DNA of 64,000 nucleotides, from contig CAZPFK010000005.1 of assembly GCA_964585855.1 (NCBI GenBank), forward strand, positions 1,807-65,806. Reading direction: 5' to 3'. Of the stretch, positions 58,002-64,000 are shown piece by piece. Position 1 is the stretch's first letter. Each line of letters starts with the position of its first letter. The notes below the pieces were generated by a model. It was not told where the DNA came from. It ran no database searches and saw only the letters and a list, made by a program, of their open reading frames with translations. This stretch comes from an uncultured Vicinamibacteraceae bacterium (lineage in GTDB: Bacteria > Planctomycetota > Phycisphaerae > Phycisphaerales > UBA5793). A program made the position numbers and the translations under genes.

Positions 58002-61000
58002 ATGCCGGTTACGACAGAAACTTTCCGCAATCAGAACGTGCTTCACCGGGTCTTCGCAGTCGCGTCGATGCTGCTGGTGCTCTCGGTGATCATCGCCGTG
58101 ATTCAGGACTGGAACCGGGAGTTCCGCCGGCCGCAGACGCAGGCCCGAATCTGGAACGGGGCGATGGCGCAGTTCGAGACGGAGATCGCCGAGTACAAGG
58201 CCGAGCAGGCGGACCTTGAGGCGAAGGAGTCGCAGCTGGCTGAGATGATCGCCTCGGTGGAGATGAGCGAAGAGTATCGCGAGCTGGAGTCGCGCATCGA
58301 GGAACTGACCGTCGCGCGGAACATGCTGGCCAAGAACCTCTCGCTGCACGTCACGGGCAACATTGCGCCGGTGCAGCAGCAGATTCAGAACCTCGAAGCG
58401 CTTCTTGACATCAATGAAGGCACCGACGAAGAGCGGCAGCAACTCCAGACGCTGCGCGATGAACTGAAGGGCTACCTCAGCCAGAAAATCGAAGGCGAAA
58501 ACCAGATCGCCGCATGGGATGCCGAGATCAGCGAGCTCAAGGGCAGGCAGCGGGAACTGCGAGCGGCCTTTGCCGATCTCGAAGCCCAGGTCACGCAGAT
58601 GAAGACGGATCTGGCCAAGAAGGTCGAGACCTTCAAGAGTTTCGAGCCCGACCTGGCCGGCCGCATCGGCAACTTTGTGCGCAATCAGCCGCTGCTTGAC
58701 TGGATGAACCCTTCGATCCGGGTCAAGCAGCAGCAGGTCACAGGCGTGCTGACGGACCTGAACGTGATGACGACCTTCACGCTGGACCGGTGCATGTCCT
58801 GCCACACCAACATCGACGATCCGAAGTTCACCGAAGAGGCGGTCATCGACTTCCTCGAGTCGCAGGTCGCCTCCGACGAAGGCGAGGCGGTGCTCGCCCT
58901 GGGCGACATCAGCCCTGTCACGGCGCTGGACTATTGGGAGAACTCCATCCTCGCCATCCCTGACAGCAGCGAGGGCGCCTCGCGCCGGCTTCGGATCGCC
59001 CGCCGGCAGGCGATGGAGTCCTTCAACCGCCTGCTCCGGCGCGCCGAGCCCGAACATGCCTTCGCCTCGGCCTGGAAGTCGCAGGAGGCGCCCGATGCTG
59101 AGAGCGTTCCGGTGCTTGAGGACGATGCCGATCTCCAGTCCTTCTTTGTACTCGTGCGCACCTCGTCGCAGCGTCCGCTGGACTGGCAGGAGTGGTACCG
59201 CCCGCTGACGGTCTACCGCACAATGCTGCACGAGATCGTGCGCGACACGCTCGATGAATCTGACTACCGCGCCTTCATGGACGGCTATCGCCGGGAGCTG
59301 ATCGCCCGATACAACGGCAACGCCGATGAGACCGGTCGTCGGAAGCTGGCGGCCGGCCGTGAGTTGCTGGCGCATCCGCGTCTTGATCTCTACGCCCACC
59401 CGGACTCGCGGCACCCAATCGCGACGATGGGGTGTACGAGCTGCCACTCGGGCTCGGGTGAGGAGACGCAGTTTGTGCACACGGCGCACACGCCGTCGGC
59501 CATCTGGGTCGATGAGGAGACGGGCGCTCTCGTGGCCGACTTCCAGGTCGCGATGACCGGCTCGAAATCCGACGTTTCGCGGGCATTGCTCAACGGCTCG
59601 GGCGAGGCCTCGGCGGCTGCGCCGGGCGAGGCGACTGTGCTGCAGGCGTCCTACGACGAAACCGCGTCAGAGCAGGACCCAGCCCACGACGAGGCGCATG
59701 GCGACGAGACAGCGCACGATCACGACCATGGGCACGGCCCGACAGTGATGGATGGCCGCTACTACTCCGACGCCTCAGAACTGGAGAATCCATTCGGCCC
59801 CATCGGCGCGTATGACCATGCCGAAGCGGCGATTTACGTCGATCCGGTGAGCGGGGAGCGCCGCCGCGCGGTGCATCAGAAGGATTACTGGAAGAAGCGC
59901 TACGGGTGGAAGCAGATCGAGTTCCACTACTGGGAGCGGCCGATGCACGAGCTCCGGTACGTGGAGTCATCCTGCATCCGCTGCCACACGGAAGTCGCGG
60001 AGATCGACCAGGAGGCGACGACGCTGGCCAAGGGCCGGGAACTCTTCACCGAGGTCGGCTGCATCACCTGCCACCCGGTGGAGGGTCTGGGCAGCCCGAT
60101 TCGCGGACAGCAGACAATCCCGGACGTCCGGCAGGTCGGGCCGAGTCTGGAGAACGTGCGGCACAAGCTCAGCGAGGAGATGATGGCCTCGTGGATCTGG
60201 GCGCCCAAGGCGCTGCGGCCCAACACGCGCATGCCGCACTACTTCATGCTGGAGAACAACTCCACGCCGCTGGACATCCGCCGCACCCGCGCGGAGGTGG
60301 CGGCAATGGCCCACTTCCTCGCCTCTGAGCCGCAAGACGCCGGCTGGACGCCGTCGGGCGACGCCTACGAACCTGCGCCGATTCCGCAAGAGGTGAACGG
60401 TTCGGCCTCACGCGGTCGAGAGCTCTTTGCATCGCTTGGGTGCCTTGCGTGCCACGCCAATGTGAACGAGCATGGGCAGGAGATGGTGGCGCTGGACCTG
60501 CAGGAGCGGTTCGGCCTTGATCGCGACGGCGCCCTGGCCCGCATGGCCGAGGATGCACGTGCGGTGGCGGAACTCCCCGACGCCTCGGAGGCCGATGAGG
60601 AGAACGTCGGCTTCTTCGAGCTTGATGAGTCCGGCCGGCCGACGACGCGCATCCGCCCTGATCAGTTCAATCGCCTGCAGTGGTACCTCATGGCGCACCA
60701 GTCGGAGGAGTACACGCGGGTCGGCCCCGATCTGTCCACGGTCGGCACCAAGCTGCTGACCGGCCAGAGCGAGGAGAAGGCGCGGCAGTGGCTCTTCAAC
60801 TGGCTGCTGGCTCCGGAGCACTACTCCAGCTACACGGTCATGCCCTCCTTCCGTCTGACCGAGCAGGAGTCGGCCGACCTGACCGAATACCTGCTGACGC
60901 AGAAGCATCCGCAGTATGAGATCGCGCCTTTCGAGGTCGATCCGCTGATGGTCGATGCGATCCTGATTTCGCTTGACCGCAATGCGATCTCGGAAGCCGC

Positions 61001-63926
61001 GGCGACGGCCCGTGTCGAGGCGATGAGTCTCGAGGAACGCCGGCTCGAACTCGGCAAGCGCATGATCCAGCACTACGGCTGCTACGGCTGCCACCAGATC
61101 GGCGGCTTCGACTCCTCGCTGACCGTCTCGGCCGACCTCACGACATGGGGCCGCAAGGACCCGCACAAGCTCGACTTCGGCTACTTCGATCACGCCTACG
61201 ACGATCGCCGGCCGCCGGATGCGGATGTCTGGACGACGCACCGCAGCGGCCTGGATGTGACGGCGCCGATGGTCACCGAGAAGAGCGTCGGCGAGGGCGG
61301 CATCGAGAAGAAGACCGTTCCGTGGGAGCACCTGCACATCGATCGGCGCGGATACCTCGAGTCGAAGCTGCACAACACGCGCATCTTCGACCGCAACCGC
61401 GCCTCGCTCGAAGGCGAGATGGCGGACGACGGCCGCACGATTCTGACCGACAAGGGCGGCCAGGGGCTGCGCCTTGTCGAAGAGAATGGGCGATTTATCG
61501 ATCTGGCGACCGGCGAGGACAGCGGACTTTCGGCAGATGAGGTGCGAATCGCGGGCCTCGGCGATCCGTATCTGAAGCTGCGTATGCCGACCTTCTTCCT
61601 GCAGGATGAAGAGGTGCATGCGCTGGTGACGTATGTGACGGGGCTTCAGCCCCCGCTGGTGCGTGCCGAGTTGCAGGACACGACCGATGAGTTCGGGCAG
61701 ATGCGTGCCATGGGCAAGTACATGGCCAAGGCCTTCAACTGCTACGGCTGCCACAACATCGAGCGCAACACCCCGCTGATCCAGCAGTATTTCACGATCC
61801 GAAACGACGACGGCTCGATGGATTACTCGGCAACGCAGGAGAACCTGACCAATGCGCCGCCGCGCATTGTCGGCAACGGCGCCAAGACGCAGCATGACTG
61901 GTTCTACACCTTCCTCTCCAACGTGGAGATGCTGCGGCCGTGGCTGGAAATCCGCATGCCCAGTTACAATCTGGAACCGGCCCACAATCAGTTCCTTGTG
62001 GAGTACATCGCCGGGCAGACGCGGACCGACAGCCGCCACCTCGAAGAGGCGCTGGCGCCGGTGAACAGCCGCGTGCGTCAGGCCTTCGAGACGACGTACT
62101 CAAAGACCTACGCCGACGCGGTCGCCTCCGGACAGGCCGGTATGGCCGCGGATACGCTGGCCAAGTCCGCCGCCTCGCTTGAGGCCGGACGGATTATGCT
62201 TGAGCCGGCCAACCGCACGGCGCGGCGGCATCTTGCCGAGCTGGCGTCGAAGTATCAGTTGTATTCGCCCAACCAGTTGCCCTCGATCGACATGCCCGAG
62301 GAGGAACTGGCACGGAAATACGGCCAGATCTGGTACGACTTCGCCTTCCTGCGCGATGCCTACGAGCAGGTCCACTATCCCTTCCAGGACAGCAAGCGCC
62401 CGGAACTCACGCCTGAACTGCACGCCCGGGGACTTGGCCTCGTCGAGACGCTGGGGTGCTTCAAGTGTCACGCCTTCGGCGACGAGGAGAAGCTGCAGCG
62501 CATCTTCGATCTCAAGCAGGAGGAGATGGCAGCGCTGATGGGCGACATGGGCGGCGATGATGAGGAGGGCTACGAGGGCTACGGCGACGAGGAGGGCTAC
62601 GGAGACGAGGGCGGGTACGGCGAGGAGGATGGGTACGGAGAAGACGACGGGTACGGAGACGAGGGTGGCTACGGTGACGATGACGGTTACGGCGAAGAGC
62701 CGACCGAGGCCCCCGAGCCGACGATGTACGACGCCATCACCGCGCCCAACCTCGCCATCGCGCACGAACGCCTGCACGCCTCCTTCTTCAAGAACTGGCT
62801 CCACAAGCCGCCGACGCTCATGCCCGGCACGAAGATGCCCAACCTCTTCGGGCCCGACGGCAACCAGAGCGCCTTTGCCGCCTTCCCCGAGCCGCAGAAG
62901 TCGGAGTACGAAGCGCTCTACGGCAAGACGGCCGATGAGCAGATCGAGCTGATCATCCGCTGGATGGAGGCGGCCGGCGCTGCGGGGTACACCTACGAGG
63001 AGGAGAAGTACCTCGCCGGTGAGTCTGCAGCTGCCGTCGATCGTCAGGCGATCCTCGACCAACTCGCCGCCGAAGCGGAGGCACAGGCAGCCGAGGAATC
63101 CGCCGAGTCCGGCGACGCAGGCGGCGTTATCGAGGAGGTCCCATCCGATGAGCCCGTCGAACAGCCGGCCGAGCAGCCGGCAGAGACGCCGGCCCCGGTC
63201 GAGGAGGCCCCGATGGAGATGAGCCAGGAGGAGAAGGCCTCCGCACGCGATGATGCCGTCAGCAGCGTGATGGATGGTGTTGCGGCCGGTGTGGGCCGGA
63301 TCGTGGGGGTGGTGGTGGCGGAGAATCCGCCGAGGCCACGACGCCTGCGGAACAACAATGCCGACTGCATCGCTGCCCGTTCAAGGATCGGGACGCCGCT
63401 CTTCGAGTCTGCTGTCACCGTCAACCGTAACGGCACGCTTTCGGATGTCGTTATTGGCGTCGGCAATCCTCCCGAAGGGGACTGGTCGCCGCCTTCAACG
63501 CCGGTTGTCATTGATCAGCTGGGCTGCGAGTACATCCCGCATGTCTCGGCTTCGATGACGGGGCAGAACATCGAGATCAAGAACAGCGAGCCGATTTCCC
63601 ACAACGTCAACTCGACGCCGCAGTTCAACCCTGCGTTCAACGTCAGCCAGCCCATGCAGGGGATGGTTCACAACGTCGTGATGGAGAAGCCCGAGGACGC
63701 CATTCGGCTCAAGTGCGACGTTCACACCTTCATGAACGCCTTCCTCTTCGTCTTCGAGCATCCCTTCTTCGACGTCACACGCACCGACGGCGTCTACGTG
63801 ATCGACAACCTGCCTCCCGGCGAGTACACCCTCGAAGTCTGGCACGAGCGTGGCGGGACGCAGACGGTGACAGTCACCGTCGAGGCCGGCAAGGCGGTGC
63901 GGCAGGATCTCACCGTCGCCTTCTGA
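58002..63926 (+). CDS. Giant membrane-anchored multiheme c-type cytochrome with an N-terminal coiled coil and a C-terminal cupredoxin-like domain.
   Basis: ATG at 58002 after GGAGAGG. TM segment VFAVASMLLVLSVIIAVI. A ~250-aa heptad-rich E/Q/L segment. Eight CxxCH sites at 58791, 59433, 59973, 60060, 60441, 61080, 61740 and 62457. The C-terminus carries H...CDVHTFM. Confidence 0.9.
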   Translation: MPVTTETFRNQNVLHRVFAVASMLLVLSVIIAVIQDWNREFRRPQTQARIWNGAMAQFETEIAEYKAEQADLEAKESQLAEMIASVEMSEEYRELESRIEELTVARNMLAKNLSLHVTGNIAPVQQQIQNLEALLDINEGTDEERQQLQTLRDELKGYLSQKIEGENQIAAWDAEISELKGRQRELRAAFADLEAQVTQMKTDLAKKVETFKSFEPDLAGRIGNFVRNQPLLDWMNPSIRVKQQQVTGVLTDLNVMTTFTLDRCMSCHTNIDDPKFTEEAVIDFLESQVASDEGEAVLALGDISPVTALDYWENSILAIPDSSEGASRRLRIARRQAMESFNRLLRRAEPEHAFASAWKSQEAPDAESVPVLEDDADLQSFFVLVRTSSQRPLDWQEWYRPLTVYRTMLHEIVRDTLDESDYRAFMDGYRRELIARYNGNADETGRRKLAAGRELLAHPRLDLYAHPDSRHPIATMGCTSCHSGSGEETQFVHTAHTPSAIWVDEETGALVADFQVAMTGSKSDVSRALLNGSGEASAAAPGEATVLQASYDETASEQDPAHDEAHGDETAHDHDHGHGPTVMDGRYYSDASELENPFGPIGAYDHAEAAIYVDPVSGERRRAVHQKDYWKKRYGWKQIEFHYWERPMHELRYVESSCIRCHTEVAEIDQEATTLAKGRELFTEVGCITCHPVEGLGSPIRGQQTIPDVRQVGPSLENVRHKLSEEMMASWIWAPKALRPNTRMPHYFMLENNSTPLDIRRTRAEVAAMAHFLASEPQDAGWTPSGDAYEPAPIPQEVNGSASRGRELFASLGCLACHANVNEHGQEMVALDLQERFGLDRDGALARMAEDARAVAELPDASEADEENVGFFELDESGRPTTRIRPDQFNRLQWYLMAHQSEEYTRVGPDLSTVGTKLLTGQSEEKARQWLFNWLLAPEHYSSYTVMPSFRLTEQESADLTEYLLTQKHPQYEIAPFEVDPLMVDAILISLDRNAISEAAATARVEAMSLEERRLELGKRMIQHYGCYGCHQIGGFDSSLTVSADLTTWGRKDPHKLDFGYFDHAYDDRRPPDADVWTTHRSGLDVTAPMVTEKSVGEGGIEKKTVPWEHLHIDRRGYLESKLHNTRIFDRNRASLEGEMADDGRTILTDKGGQGLRLVEENGRFIDLATGEDSGLSADEVRIAGLGDPYLKLRMPTFFLQDEEVHALVTYVTGLQPPLVRAELQDTTDEFGQMRAMGKYMAKAFNCYGCHNIERNTPLIQQYFTIRNDDGSMDYSATQENLTNAPPRIVGNGAKTQHDWFYTFLSNVEMLRPWLEIRMPSYNLEPAHNQFLVEYIAGQTRTDSRHLEEALAPVNSRVRQAFETTYSKTYADAVASGQAGMAADTLAKSAASLEAGRIMLEPANRTARRHLAELASKYQLYSPNQLPSIDMPEEELARKYGQIWYDFAFLRDAYEQVHYPFQDSKRPELTPELHARGLGLVETLGCFKCHAFGDEEKLQRIFDLKQEEMAALMGDMGGDDEEGYEGYGDEEGYGDEGGYGEEDGYGEDDGYGDEGGYGDDDGYGEEPTEAPEPTMYDAITAPNLAIAHERLHASFFKNWLHKPPTLMPGTKMPNLFGPDGNQSAFAAFPEPQKSEYEALYGKTADEQIELIIRWMEAAGAAGYTYEEEKYLAGESAAAVDRQAILDQLAAEAEAQAAEESAESGDAGGVIEEVPSDEPVEQPAEQPAETPAPVEEAPMEMSQEEKASARDDAVSSVMDGVAAGVGRIVGVVVAENPPRPRRLRNNNADCIAARSRIGTPLFESAVTVNRNGTLSDVVIGVGNPPEGDWSPPSTPVVIDQLGCEYIPHVSASMTGQNIEIKNSEPISHNVNSTPQFNPAFNVSQPMQGMVHNVVMEKPEDAIRLKCDVHTFMNAFLFVFEHPFFDVTRTDGVYVIDNLPPGEYTLEVWHERGGTQTVTVTVEAGKAVRQDLTVAF
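62551..62700 (+). repeat. Imperfect 18-nt tandem coding repeat giving about nine G-Y-G-(D/E)3 units.
   Basis: GGDDEEGYEGYGDEEGYGDEGGYGEEDGYGEDDGYGDEGGYGDDDGYGEE. Confidence 0.85.
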
Positions 63927-64000
63927 GGCGGCTCAGCGGCGGGCCTGCTCCCGGGCGTCGGTGACTTCGATGGAAGCAGGGGGTTCCTCGTCGGCGCCCC

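Noticed and set aside
57699-62039. Long minus-strand ORFs (57699..59489, 596 aa; 60408..62039, 543 aa; 62100..63062, 320 aa) opposite the cytochrome gene.
   Set aside because: These are shadow ORFs. The + strand frame carries eight in-frame CxxCH sites and coherent domain structure.

Overview
High-GC (about two-thirds G+C by eye) chromosomal window that is almost fully coding. I call 46 protein genes. I saw no rRNA, tRNA, CRISPR array, transposase or integrase. Housekeeping genes include gyrB, eno, dapF, ispE, rimO, pepA, clpS, ugd, a ribB-type gene, an IscA-like gene and htrA. Between them sit envelope and glycan genes (two GT2, two GT4, an O-antigen-ligase-like protein), secretion-ATPase genes (PilB-like, PilT-like and a degenerate membrane-anchored GspE-like protein), three SpoIIE/PP2C phosphatases with a STAS protein, and several large secreted proteins. 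The gene content suggests a Planctomycetota-like organism, but that is inference only. The most interesting locus is at the left edge (339-6869). It is a tightly packed trio: a cupin-terminated protein, a YqcI/YcgG-family protein (heme N-hydroxylase family), and a single-module NRPS with the order formyltransferase-like, half condensation, A, T, TE. I interpret it as a compact, probably undescribed pathway for an N-hydroxylated, N-N-bonded or hydroxamate amino-acid product. Other items worth follow-up: a ~1970-aa membrane-anchored protein with a coiled coil, eight CxxCH heme sites and a cupredoxin-like C-terminus (58002-63926). Three tandem paralogous secreted-protein genes, each with its own promoter-like element, RBS and terminator (45514-49396). 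A GspE-like protein with a broken ATPase site (19661-21352). A strong orphan intrinsic terminator in a 570-bp ORF-less, structured intergenic region (56579-57151). All functional calls come from motifs read by eye in the supplied translations; no database search was run.
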